Below are positions 1 to 8,976 of a stretch of 64,000 bases of DNA, piece by piece; within the stretch, counting starts at the first letter, position 1; every line of letters starts with the position of its first letter. Under the pieces are notes generated by a model. The model did not search any database. It was not told the DNA's origin and saw only the letters and a program-made list of their open reading frames with translations. The position numbers were made by a program, and so were the translations under genes. The stretch is from an uncultured cyanobacterium (lineage in GTDB: Bacteria; Cyanobacteriota; Cyanobacteriia; Cyanobacteriales; CAWCAG01). Location: assembly GCA_963793425.1 (NCBI GenBank), contig CAWCAG010000009.1, positions 64,001-128,000 of the forward strand. The letters run 5' to 3'.

Positions 1-126
1 ATTAATGATTAGGGTAGCAAGTTATAAGTTGCCTTGATTTTAGTTACTAATTAGGCTAGTTACGGCCCAGAAAAACCCTCGGCTGGGTAGCATAGATTTA
101 TAGATATCCATAGGTTAGATATTACC

Positions 127-954
127 ATGAAGCAACCTTCACTACGAACTACTACCGCAATCTTTTTAGGCAGTATTTTGACTTTGGGTACGGTAGCTTG
201 TAGTCAAGATTCTGAGCCTGCTTCCACCGCTGAAGTTTCTCCTGCTGAGGCAGCGGCAGTGGTGGAAGCGTCTCCTTCTCCTTCCCTTTCCCCTTCACCC
301 CAAGCATCTCTTTCCCCTTCCCCTCAAGAAGATTCTTTCCAAGAAGCTTTCGATATGGCCACAGGAGCAACTGCTATGGGCAAATCCGCCCTAGCTAGGG
401 AAGATTGGGTTTTAATTGTTCAACGCTGGGAAAAGGTGATTAAGTTATTAGAAACAGTACCAGCTTCTAGCCCTAACCATAAAATAGCTCAGGAAAAGTT
501 AGCAGAGTACAAAAGTTATTTAGCCAAGGCAAAGCAAAGAGCAACTCCTCGCCCTGATGTTGGAGAAACCATTAGTGATGCTAATCCTAAGTTTTTCTCC
601 ATACCAATTAAAGCAAAATCCCAAGGTATACCTATTGTAGCGGTGACTTTTAATGGTAGCAAGACCTTTGATATGCTTTTTGATACAGGGGCAACTAATA
701 CCCTGATTACTCAATCTATAGCCCAAGCTTTGGAGTTAAGGGCGATTAGCAGTTCTAATATTATTATTGCTAATGGTTCTATAGTTTCTATGCCTGTAAT
801 GCAACTAGAATCTATGGCAACTGATGGCCGAGTTAAAACCAATGTCAGGGTGGCTATGGCTGAAAGTATGCCCATTGGTTTATTGGGGCAGGATTTTTAT
901 GCCGGTTACGACATTAATATTAAAACTGGGGTTATTGAATTTACCAGGAGATAA
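127..954 (+). CDS. Lipoprotein with C-terminal retropepsin-like (clan AA) aspartic protease
   Basis: Lipobox-like TVAC, S/P-rich linker, FDTGA catalytic motif and GLLGQDF motif. Confidence 0.85.
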   Translation: MKQPSLRTTTAIFLGSILTLGTVACSQDSEPASTAEVSPAEAAAVVEASPSPSLSPSPQASLSPSPQEDSFQEAFDMATGATAMGKSALAREDWVLIVQRWEKVIKLLETVPASSPNHKIAQEKLAEYKSYLAKAKQRATPRPDVGETISDANPKFFSIPIKAKSQGIPIVAVTFNGSKTFDMLFDTGATNTLITQSIAQALELRAISSSNIIIANGSIVSMPVMQLESMATDGRVKTNVRVAMAESMPIGLLGQDFYAGYDINIKTGVIEFTRR

Positions 955-993
955 AAGGAGATAAAAGAAGATGGGAAGACTGGGACTAATTAA

Positions 994-1410
994 TTAATCC
1001 TGTTCTAATGAGGTAATGTTTGCTTTTAAAACATCAGGATTATTGGCAAGATAAGCTATTAACCAATGGATTTGAGCAACGGTAATTTCTACTAACTTTT
1101 CTTCTGTAGGTTGAGCTAATCCTTGTTCTTGCATAGCCTCAAGAATCTGCTTTCTCAATTCAGCAACTGCTTCTTCAATGGGGGTAGGATCAATCATGGT
1201 TGGTTGCTGTTGCAATTCTATTACTGAAAGGGCATTAACAAGATTGACTTGGCAGATATCTAAATAATCATCAACTCTTTCCCAAGCGGCTGCTAAATCA
1301 GGTTTAGAGCTTATCTCTTCTTCTATTTCTCTTAAGATAGTTAAAGCTTGTTTAAGTCGCTCTGAAATATTTTTTTGTTGATCAGATTCATTTTGTTCTG
1401 AGTTTGTCAT
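994..1410 (-). CDS. Hypothetical helical protein
   Basis: 138-aa ORF with GGGGA upstream; no recognised motif. Confidence 0.6.
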   Translation of the reverse strand: MTNSEQNESDQQKNISERLKQALTILREIEEEISSKPDLAAAWERVDDYLDICQVNLVNALSVIELQQQPTMIDPTPIEEAVAELRKQILEAMQEQGLAQPTEEKLVEITVAQIHWLIAYLANNPDVLKANITSLEQD

Positions 1411-1451
1411 CTTAATTTCCCCTGCATAATCACCTTAAAGTAATCATACAG

Positions 1452-2090
1452 TTAATCTAATTTTGCTTGATGTTCACACTTAAAACCTTTCTTTTGCCAA
1501 GCATCCATATTTACCTCCGTTAACCTTTTTAAATCAGGGCAAGAAGGACGTACAAATTGACTAATAATAGCCCAAAAGAAGCTGCGAGTGACATCTAAAC
1601 TAGTTTTTAAACTAGACTCTTGATTACCAGGAATACCCTTTTCCGGGGCAATATCTGTTTCCACCCAAATACCATGAGAACCGAGAATAATTTGAGCCAT
1701 CCATTGGGCGCGAGGGAGATGAGTTTGAGAAGTAATTAATTTAACTTTATGGACTTTCCAGTTGCGGAGAATATCAAGACCATAATAAAAATTAGTAAAG
1801 GTATTATGAGCACAATGCTCTAACCAAACCTGATCTTGATTAGCGTTTTCTCTTTTAAAAATTAACCGAATACAAGGATCTAAAGAACCTTGAGAAATAA
1901 TAATTTTTGCTTGGGGATAATCTTTAGCTAATTTTGCTGCATAAATTTCTCGGCGAATGCTACCTCCTAAAACCAAGAAAGCATCTACCGATTGTTGTTG
2001 GTGTAAAAATAGTTTGAGGCTAATTATTAACAACCAAGTACTAAGAAAAAGTCCTAGGGCGATGCCCAGGCGCTTTTGATAATTAGTCAT
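1452..2090 (-). CDS. YdcF/DUF218 family protein
   Basis: N-terminal TM, VLGG, IIISQG and ITSQTHLPRA motifs; ATG 2090 preferred over ORF start 2150. Confidence 0.85.
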   Translation of the reverse strand: MTNYQKRLGIALGLFLSTWLLIISLKLFLHQQQSVDAFLVLGGSIRREIYAAKLAKDYPQAKIIISQGSLDPCIRLIFKRENANQDQVWLEHCAHNTFTNFYYGLDILRNWKVHKVKLITSQTHLPRAQWMAQIILGSHGIWVETDIAPEKGIPGNQESSLKTSLDVTRSFFWAIISQFVRPSCPDLKRLTEVNMDAWQKKGFKCEHQAKLD

Positions 2091-2213
2091 GGACAAACTT
2101 TGAGAGATATTCCACTTTGGTAGTGTAATCTGCTGAAGCAATAAAAGCATACACTATACTAATAGCGGTTCCGTGTCATATCCACATTAGAAACTCTCTT
2201 TCCTCGTCCATAG

Positions 2214-4415
2214 ATGTTTTCTCAACTAAAATATCAACTAAGCTCTTGGCGATCGCAAGCTTTATCGACTTGGAAAGGTAGAGTTGCGGTAACCAGTGTG
2301 GTAGTTACAGGGTTAGTATTAATCACTCGTCAGTTGGGTTTGTTACAAGGCTTTGAACTCAGCGCCTATGACCAATTGCTACGCTGGAAACCAGAAAGAG
2401 GGGAAGATGAGCGTATTTTGGTGGTTGGTATCACCGAAGAAGATATTAAAAGTACTATCAAAGAATTTCCTGTTTCAGATGGAACCCTTGCTAAAGCTTT
2501 AAACAAAATTCAGGCCAACAAACCCAGGGCAATTGCTTTAGATATTATTAGGGATGTACCAGTTGGTAAAGGTCACAGTAAATTAGTTAAAGAATTTGAG
2601 CAACCAAATTTAATTGCTGTTTGTCAAATGAATGAGGCGGAAGATCCTGGATTTGCCCCGCCCCCAAAACTGCCTGCTGAACAAGTAGGTTTTGCTGATC
2701 TTCCCCAAGATGCTGATGACGTTTACCGTCGCAGTTTGTTACTTGCCCTTCCCCCTATTCCAGATAGAGACTATAGCAGCCAACATTTATGTAATGATGC
2801 CGAATCAGAAGAGTTACTTTATTCCCTCTCTTTAGCTGCATCTACCCTTTACCTAGAAGAGGAGGGCATAGAAAGAGAAATTACTGAATATGATGACCTG
2901 CAATTCGGAGAAACTATCTTTCCTTTCCTCTCTCCTAATGCTGGAGGCTATCATAATATTTTTGCTGATGGACTGCAAATTTTAATCGATTACCGTTCCG
3001 CCAAAAATCCGACTAACTTCGTCAGCCTCAATGACATCCTTACCGATAAAGTAGATCCAGAATTAATCCGCGATCGCCTAGTTTTCATCGGTTATGAGGC
3101 AAAAAGTTCTCAGGATACCTTCAACACTCCTTACAGTGCAGCCCTAGAAACAAATCCTCGAATGCCTGGGGTCGTAGTTCATGCCCAAGTTGCTAGCCAA
3201 ATTCTCGGTGCTGTCTTAGATAATCGCCCTTTAATTTGGTATTTGCCTGATCCAGTGGAATGGTTATGGATCTTAGGCTGGGCAGTGCTGGGGGGTCTTT
3301 TAGCCCTACCAAAATTGAAACTGTGGCAAGTGGCTTTAGCAGATGGTGTAGCTATAGGGGTGTTGGTTGGTACAAGTTATGGACTCTTCCTGTTAGCGGC
3401 TTGGATACCTTTAATACCTCCTGGTTTAGGCTTAGTAATGGCTTCGGTAGGAGTAGTTTTAGTAGATAGAGTACCGGCGATTAAAAAGCTGCTCAAAATT
3501 GATATTGATATCGATTGGGAAAGGGTGAAAAAAGATGCTGATCAAGCTCTAGGAGCTGAGTCTCCTAAAGAGGAAGTCGCAGCAACCGTTTCTGAAGTTA
3601 CAACGGAACAAGATAATTATTTAACTCAGTTGCAAACCAGGGCTGAAACTAGACGTAAGCAAACCAGAAAAGCAACCACAGGAAGAGTTGTTCCGGTTAA
3701 TCAAGTTTCTGAAACAGCAACTAAAGATAACTTTTTAGCCCAATTGCAAGATAAAGCTCAAACAAGAAGAAGCAAACGCCAGAGTCCAACCACTGAAATT
3801 TCTTCGCCAGCAACAGAAGACAACTTTTTAGGGGCGTTGCAACAAAAAGCTCAAGCCCGGAGAAATCAGGAAAGAAGACCTTCTGCTACTAGGGTAAAAC
3901 CTTCAGTTAACCCAGTTTCTCAAACTACTGCGAAGGATAACTTTTTATCTCAACTACAAACCAAAGCCTTAGCAAGAAGAAATAAAAGGCAACTATCTTC
4001 TCCGGTTGCAGAGATACCCACAACAGAAAGTAACTTCTTAACTCAACTGCAAGCCAAAGCACAAACTAGAAGGAACAAAGCCAAACAAACCCGCCCCCCT
4101 CTTCTTACTCCAGTAGTTAATTCAGGGTCGAAAACAAGGACAGGGGTCAAAGATAATTTCTTGACCCAATTACAAGCCAAGGCCCAAACTAGAAGGAATA
4201 AAGGTAAAAGAAAAACTACAGCTATCTCCCTTCCACCCCAGGGGAGTTATATTGAGCAGCTTAAACAACAATCAAAGCAACGCTTGCAAGAAGCAACTAC
4301 CCAAGCTTCTCCACCGCCAGTTATAGCTACTAGCCAAGTTTCTCATTCCAAGGTGCGTAATAAGTACCTAGAGGATCTTTTAGCCAGATCAAAAAGATTG
4401 AGAAGCGGAGATTAA
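2214..4415 (+). CDS. CHASE2-domain membrane sensor with a repetitive cytoplasmic tail and no catalytic output domain
   Basis: ELSAYDQLLR, ILVVGITEEDI, IALDIIRD, VGFADL, DTFNTPY, MPGVVVHAQVASQIL followed by 3 TMs; tail of DNFLxQLQxKAxxRR repeats. Confidence 0.9.
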   Translation: MFSQLKYQLSSWRSQALSTWKGRVAVTSVVVTGLVLITRQLGLLQGFELSAYDQLLRWKPERGEDERILVVGITEEDIKSTIKEFPVSDGTLAKALNKIQANKPRAIALDIIRDVPVGKGHSKLVKEFEQPNLIAVCQMNEAEDPGFAPPPKLPAEQVGFADLPQDADDVYRRSLLLALPPIPDRDYSSQHLCNDAESEELLYSLSLAASTLYLEEEGIEREITEYDDLQFGETIFPFLSPNAGGYHNIFADGLQILIDYRSAKNPTNFVSLNDILTDKVDPELIRDRLVFIGYEAKSSQDTFNTPYSAALETNPRMPGVVVHAQVASQILGAVLDNRPLIWYLPDPVEWLWILGWAVLGGLLALPKLKLWQVALADGVAIGVLVGTSYGLFLLAAWIPLIPPGLGLVMASVGVVLVDRVPAIKKLLKIDIDIDWERVKKDADQALGAESPKEEVAATVSEVTTEQDNYLTQLQTRAETRRKQTRKATTGRVVPVNQVSETATKDNFLAQLQDKAQTRRSKRQSPTTEISSPATEDNFLGALQQKAQARRNQERRPSATRVKPSVNPVSQTTAKDNFLSQLQTKALARRNKRQLSSPVAEIPTTESNFLTQLQAKAQTRRNKAKQTRPPLLTPVVNSGSKTRTGVKDNFLTQLQAKAQTRRNKGKRKTTAISLPPQGSYIEQLKQQSKQRLQEATTQASPPPVIATSQVSHSKVRNKYLEDLLARSKRLRSGD
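3609..4412 (+). repeat. Intragenic peptide repeat array (6 clear plus 2 degenerate copies)
   Basis: DNYLTQLQTRAETRR, DNFLAQLQDKAQTRR, DNFLGALQQKAQARR, DNFLSQLQTKALARR, SNFLTQLQAKAQTRR, DNFLTQLQAKAQTRR, SYIEQLKQQSKQR, NKYLEDLLARSKRLR. Confidence 0.9.
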
Positions 4416-4419
4416 GCTA

Positions 4420-4453
4420 GTACTCTGTCAATTTTTAATTAACGGGTAAAGGG
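4420..4453 (+). repeat. Dispersed repeat resembling an IS/MITE end, copy 1
   Basis: GTACTCTGTCAATTTTTAATTAACGGGTAAAGGG is 31/34 identical to the reverse complement of 61209-61242. Confidence 0.75.
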
Positions 4454-4903
4454 GTAAAAGTTATCCCTCAATATAAAGCGGATGCAGCGTTAGTTATATA
4501 AGTTTTGATTAAACCAAATTCAGTTTGCGATTAAATATTTTAACTTTACATAACTTCAACTTGTCAAATGTCAAGAGCAAAAAAATTTTCAGAGGACGCA
4601 TTTACGTGGTTTAATGGGATTATTAAAAAATAAGAGTGCTATACTTTTATCTAAAATGAAACTACAATCTCTACAATCTAGATATAGCGTTACATTATCC
4701 ACCATTAACCCTCAAAATCACGGCGAAAAGAAATGCTTGGATCAACAATTTTTTAGGCTCTTGAAAAAGTTTTTTTGACAAATGAGGCAATTAATGCAAT
4801 TTGCGATCACCTCACAAGACATCTCCTAAAATCAAAAACAAAATCGATCCTTTCTTCTATTCCCTTGTCTCCTAAGCAATAGCCGGGGTTGGTAAGAAAG
4901 AAG

Positions 4904-4932
4904 CCCACACTTACAGCAAGCTGAAGTGTGGG
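4904..4932 (-). terminator. Probable rplI terminator hairpin
   Basis: CCCACACTT..CAGC-AA-GCTG..AAGTGTGGG stem directly after the rplI stop, followed by a pyrimidine tract on the minus strand. Confidence 0.6.
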
Positions 4933-4939
4933 AGTATTG

Positions 4940-5398
4940 TCACAGTGGTGTCACCTGAATTTCTATTTCCGCATCTACTTCAGGATGAAGTTTAACCTGA
5001 GCTTTGTAGAAACCAATTTTGTTGATTTCTGGTAAAGTGATGCCGCGACGATCAATCTCTTGCCCTGTAGCAGCTTCAACGGCTTCAGCCACTTCAATAC
5101 TAGTAACTGTACCAAAAATCGCCTCATCTTCTCCCACTTGCTTCTTAATATTGAAACGACCAATGGTTTCTAAAGCGGTCTTGCGACTTTGGGCTTGGCG
5201 TTTAATCTCCTCTAATCTTAATCTTTCCTTCTCTCTTCTTTGTTCCACCTGCTTAATAATCCCACGAGTAGCAGGAACCGCCATGCCCTGGGGAATCAAG
5301 TAATTACGGGCATAACCTGGGGCGACTTCTAATAAATCTCCAGATTGACCCAGCTTACCAACATCTTTATTAAGTACTACTTGAACTCGTTTAGCCAT
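4940..5398 (-). CDS. rplI: 50S ribosomal protein L9
   Basis: [45 protein letters not shown] 5398 with GAGG RBS. Confidence 0.98.
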   Translation of the reverse strand: MAKRVQVVLNKDVGKLGQSGDLLEVAPGYARNYLIPQGMAVPATRGIIKQVEQRREKERLRLEEIKRQAQSRKTALETIGRFNIKKQVGEDEAIFGTVTSIEVAEAVEAATGQEIDRRGITLPEINKIGFYKAQVKLHPEVDAEIEIQVTPL

Positions 5399-5716
5399 AA
5401 TTTTTCCTCTCGGCACTGCCGCTTAACTATAAACTGTCTCAAAGCAAAATATTTTTGAGCAATAACATTCCATCATATCAAGTTTGCTTGGACAATTGCA
5501 AAATTCAAAATTAGGGAGCAGCACTAAGTCATTCATATAAGCCTTCTTGCACCTAGTAAGTAATATCAAGCCGAATAAACAGCTTTTCGCTAATAGTAAT
5601 TTTCTCTAGCGGTAACAAACTTGACTAGGGTGGGATAATAAATTTAGCTCATCATCAACGGTCTTACATTCATCATCTCTACCATAATTGTTAAACAATG
5701 GGACAAGAGTTAAATT

Positions 5717-6178
5717 ATGTCATACCTATCAATGACTAGGTTAAAGCTTAAATCTCCTCGTTACTTAATTCGGTTCTGGAACTATAACGAGAAAATAGTG
5801 CGCCAGATGCAAACAGCAGAGGGTTTCTTACAAGGTAAGTTGTTAGCAAACTATAGTCTGGCAATGTGGACAACAACCCTTTGGACATCCTCTGAAGCAC
5901 TAAAAGAATTTTATCTTAATGGCTCTCATCAAGAGGTAATAGCGAGAATAAGTGAATGGTCTTCTGAGGCTGTTCACTTTTCCAAATACGTCAGTACAAA
6001 GGAGTTACCATCTTGGCAACAAATAGGAAGTGAACTTGCTCATCAAGGAAGATTTCAAGAACTGAAGCAACCATCACTTAATCAGCAAAACAAAGTGGTT
6101 TTACCACCAAAATTTGTGAATTTAGTTAAAGAAGTTACGGCAACTCAGATCAAATCTTACATTTCTCTAAATAAGTAA
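5717..6178 (+). CDS. DUF3291/ABM-like dimeric alpha-beta barrel protein
   Basis: TRLKLKS..GFLQGKL..WTTTLW.S.EALKEF..GSH..V pattern. Confidence 0.6.
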   Translation: MSYLSMTRLKLKSPRYLIRFWNYNEKIVRQMQTAEGFLQGKLLANYSLAMWTTTLWTSSEALKEFYLNGSHQEVIARISEWSSEAVHFSKYVSTKELPSWQQIGSELAHQGRFQELKQPSLNQQNKVVLPPKFVNLVKEVTATQIKSYISLNK

Positions 6179-6204
6179 AACTTCTCCTTGATTTTCTTTT
6201 AAAA

Positions 6205-7023
6205 ATGGCACAAGAAAGCTTAAACGAAGGTCTAATTATCGATGGACTTAAAGAAGCTTTTCCCCAGAAAAAGCCTCTTTTAATCAGCCAAAACTATGGC
6301 TTAGAGAATATATTTTTAGTGCAGTATCAATACCCACCCCATGAACTCCCAGAACACGCTGTTCCCTACAATGTTTTAGAGGTTATTGACCGCCGATACT
6401 TTTCACCCCATAAGCGACGTTTAGCTGATAATTTATATACTAAACCTTTGCGCGGCGGTGAAGTATTTTTTTATCCTCAACATTGCGACCACCATATTAG
6501 GTGGGACAAAGAAATGATGTTCACACTACTAAATTTTAGACCACAACTTTTTGAGCAAGAGTTTGGTTGTAGTAGTTCTGCCGAGCTTTTTCCTTATTTT
6601 CAAGAATGTAATCCTGAAATTTATACCTTGGTTAATCTAATTATAGAAGGACTGAAACAAGAGTATATAAATGTTAGTTACATTGACTGTTTAGCTTTAG
6701 CTCTTGCCAAACATCTTGTACCATTAATGGGTTTAAGATATAAGGTTACTCAAGAAAGTCAATTAGCTAAAAAAATAGTCAAGGAACTTGTAGATTTTAT
6801 TGAATCAGAAATTGAATTAGGCCGTAAACCTACACTACCAGAACTAACTAAGCAAGCCGGATTTCAAAGTCAATCGTACTTCAGTAAACTCTTCAAAAAA
6901 GACCTAGGAGTTGCACCATGCAAATATGTTACCCAAAGAGCAATAGAACGTGCTAAGTATTTGCTCAAAAAAACAGATATAGCCTTTCTCGGACTGATGA
7001 GGTACATTTCCACTAGCCACTAG
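6205..7023 (+). pseudogene. AraC-family regulator truncated before its second HTH by a MITE insertion
   Basis: Cupin-like N-terminus, first HTH region (LPELTKQAGFQSQSYFSKLFKKDLGVAP..Y..RAIERAKYLL); the last ~14 codons are MITE sequence. Confidence 0.8.
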
Positions 7024-7072
7024 CCAAAGCGCAAAAACCAGGCTGTACCTCACTAGCCTAAGAATCGCTATA
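6978..7072 (+). mobile_element. MITE-like palindromic element, copy A (TATAGC...GCTATA, TA target duplication)
   Basis: Imperfect inverted ends TATAGCCTTTCTC..TGAGGTACA / TGTACCTCA..AAGAATCGCTATA; the first 32 bp are identical to the reverse complement of the end of 11649-11774. Confidence 0.85.
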
Positions 7073-7284
7073 TCCCTCTTCTATCAATCTCCGGAAACAA
7101 AAGTCATTTCTAAATTCTGGAGCTTTTGTATAGTATGCGATCGCAATATTTTTTCTTCCTAAAAATTCTTGCAAGCAGCAAAATTGCCAAAATTCGATTA
7201 TTGCACTCTGCATTCCCTAGTATATCATTTGTCCAGGAAGTTCAAATAATAGGAAAAATCGGAATCTGACAGAAGAGGGATATA

Positions 7285-7968
7285 ATGGCAGCGTTCACAA
7301 CAGAAAAACAAGCTCTCCATGATATTATCGCTAGATGTTTAGTTGTGAATGGGAGAGGTCAATCTAGCTCAACTCCTTGGAAACTTTTAATTGGATTGGC
7401 AGTAGCAGCCATTTTATCTAGGGGAGTAATAGCACAGTTTCCTCCCCATAATTTTATAGACGAACATGAAGAACACTCGGAAATTATAGAAGAAGAACTG
7501 AACGAAATACCAATGTCTGGAAGATTTACTATTTGTGGATTTGAAGAGCAACTCATTAAACCAGGTAACAATAACATTGATGGAGACTGGAAATTAGAGT
7601 TTAGTGCTGGTGGAGTTACTCATATAGCCAGACTACAAATGGAAGGAGCTTCAGGAGCTATGAGAGTTATCTTCCCTAATGGTAGTGTGGATCAAACAAT
7701 GCAACTCTACAATTCATCCAAAGGAATAGTTTTGCTAGGCTTTTATCCTGTTGATCCTAATACTGGAGAGTCTGTTCCTTCTTACAAAGCCGATAATTTT
7801 CTAATTAGACAGGAAATTGACAGCTCATGGACAATTGTAAACTGCGATGATGGTGGCAATACTTCCCCCTTGCTACAACTCTCTCTTCTGGGAATGCGAT
7901 CGCTCAAAACGAATTCTGTCGCGGCAACGAAGTCCTCACAGCAAGCTATTGTGCTGGGGATAACTTAG
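7285..7968 (+). CDS. Chimeric hypothetical ORF (RDD-like C-terminal peptide, TM, beta domain); probably rearranged
   Basis: Begins MAAFTTEKQALHDIIARCLVV, typical of RDD-family C-termini; its 3' end overlaps a CAP fragment in another frame. Confidence 0.5.
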   Translation: MAAFTTEKQALHDIIARCLVVNGRGQSSSTPWKLLIGLAVAAILSRGVIAQFPPHNFIDEHEEHSEIIEEELNEIPMSGRFTICGFEEQLIKPGNNNIDGDWKLEFSAGGVTHIARLQMEGASGAMRVIFPNGSVDQTMQLYNSSKGIVLLGFYPVDPNTGESVPSYKADNFLIRQEIDSSWTIVNCDDGGNTSPLLQLSLLGMRSLKTNSVAATKSSQQAIVLGIT

Positions 7969-8114
7969 AATCAGAAGAAGCTAAACTCTATGAATTAGTC
8001 AACCAATATCGCGCTCAAAATGGTTTACCAGCCATACCCCTTTCCCCTTCCTTAACTTTAGTAGCTAATCGCCATGTCCTAGATTTAGAGCAAAATATTG
8101 GTTATTTAAATTAA
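7869..8114 (+). pseudogene. CAP/SCP-domain secreted protein fragment lacking its start and C-terminal half
   Basis: Frame reads LATTLSSGNAIAQNEFCRGNEVLTASYCAGDNLESEEAKLYELVNQYRAQNGLPAIPLSPSLTLVANRHVLDLEQNIGYLN*. Confidence 0.75.
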
Positions 8115-8210
8115 ACTTAACAGGAAAGTAGATAAATTGGTTTGTATGGTTGCTTGGGTTGAGAAACCTGTAAGATTTGATAATTCAGCAACATCTGCAA
8201 TTCCCTCTTT

Positions 8211-8636
8211 ATGAGAAAATCTACTCGTAGCTACTTCGTCAAATTCCTGGTATTACTCACTTCCTTAATAGTCTTGCTAACTTACTCTCTTCCCGCCCAA
8301 GCAAACACCATTGCTGATTCTCAATTAGAACAACAAGTCCTAGAAATTATCCGTAACAACCCAGAGGTGATTATTGAATCAGTCCAAACCTACCAACAGC
8401 AACAGCTTAAACAACAATAACAACAACAGCAAGCATTTTTGCAGCAAATAACAGCTAATCCTCAGTTAGCTATCGGTACTTCTCCGACTAAAGGGGCAAC
8501 CCAAGCAAAGGTAGTGCTGTTGGAGTTTTCAGACTTCCAATGTCCCTTTTGTGCTGAAGCTAGTAAAACTATCAAACAGTTTATAACAAACCATCAAGAT
8601 ATCGTCATTCTAGTGCTGTACCTCTCAATGAATTAG
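8211..8636 (+). pseudogene. DsbA/Thioredoxin_4 family pseudogene (nonsense codon in poly-Q tract, 3' truncated)
   Basis: Signal peptide, LEIIRNNPEVI, TAA at 8418-8420 within a CAA run, same frame continues to EFSDFQCPFC and ends about 27 aa later. Confidence 0.85.
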
Positions 8637-8791
8637 ACGCAATTCTAGCAAGAGTTCGTTCAAAGTAAGTGAGAAATCAACTGCTCCCTTGCCAAAGATT
8701 AAGAACAAATTTGATTTTTATTGAGTATTTAATCATGTTGAAACTAAAACTAAGTGGGATCGCCTTTGCTACCATCTTTTTTCCCATAACT

Positions 8792-8820
8792 GCGATGCCT
8801 TCGGCGGGCTTTGCCTACGC
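8792..8820 (+). repeat. HIP1-inserted small dispersed repeat (SDR5-like, 21 nt)
   Basis: GCGAT+GCCTTCGGCGGGCTTTGCCTA+CGC; removing the insert restores GCGATCGC. Confidence 0.75.
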
Positions 8821-8976
8821 CTATCATCCTTCACCACAAAACAACAGTTCTACTCAAGAAGATATTTTACTTTGTTTAACTATGCTGAAACTATCATCAA
8901 AGGCGATCGCCCTTACTAAAATTGTCTTTTCTCGGAAGCGCGATCGCCAGTCAAAATTATCTAATTCCAGCTTTTG

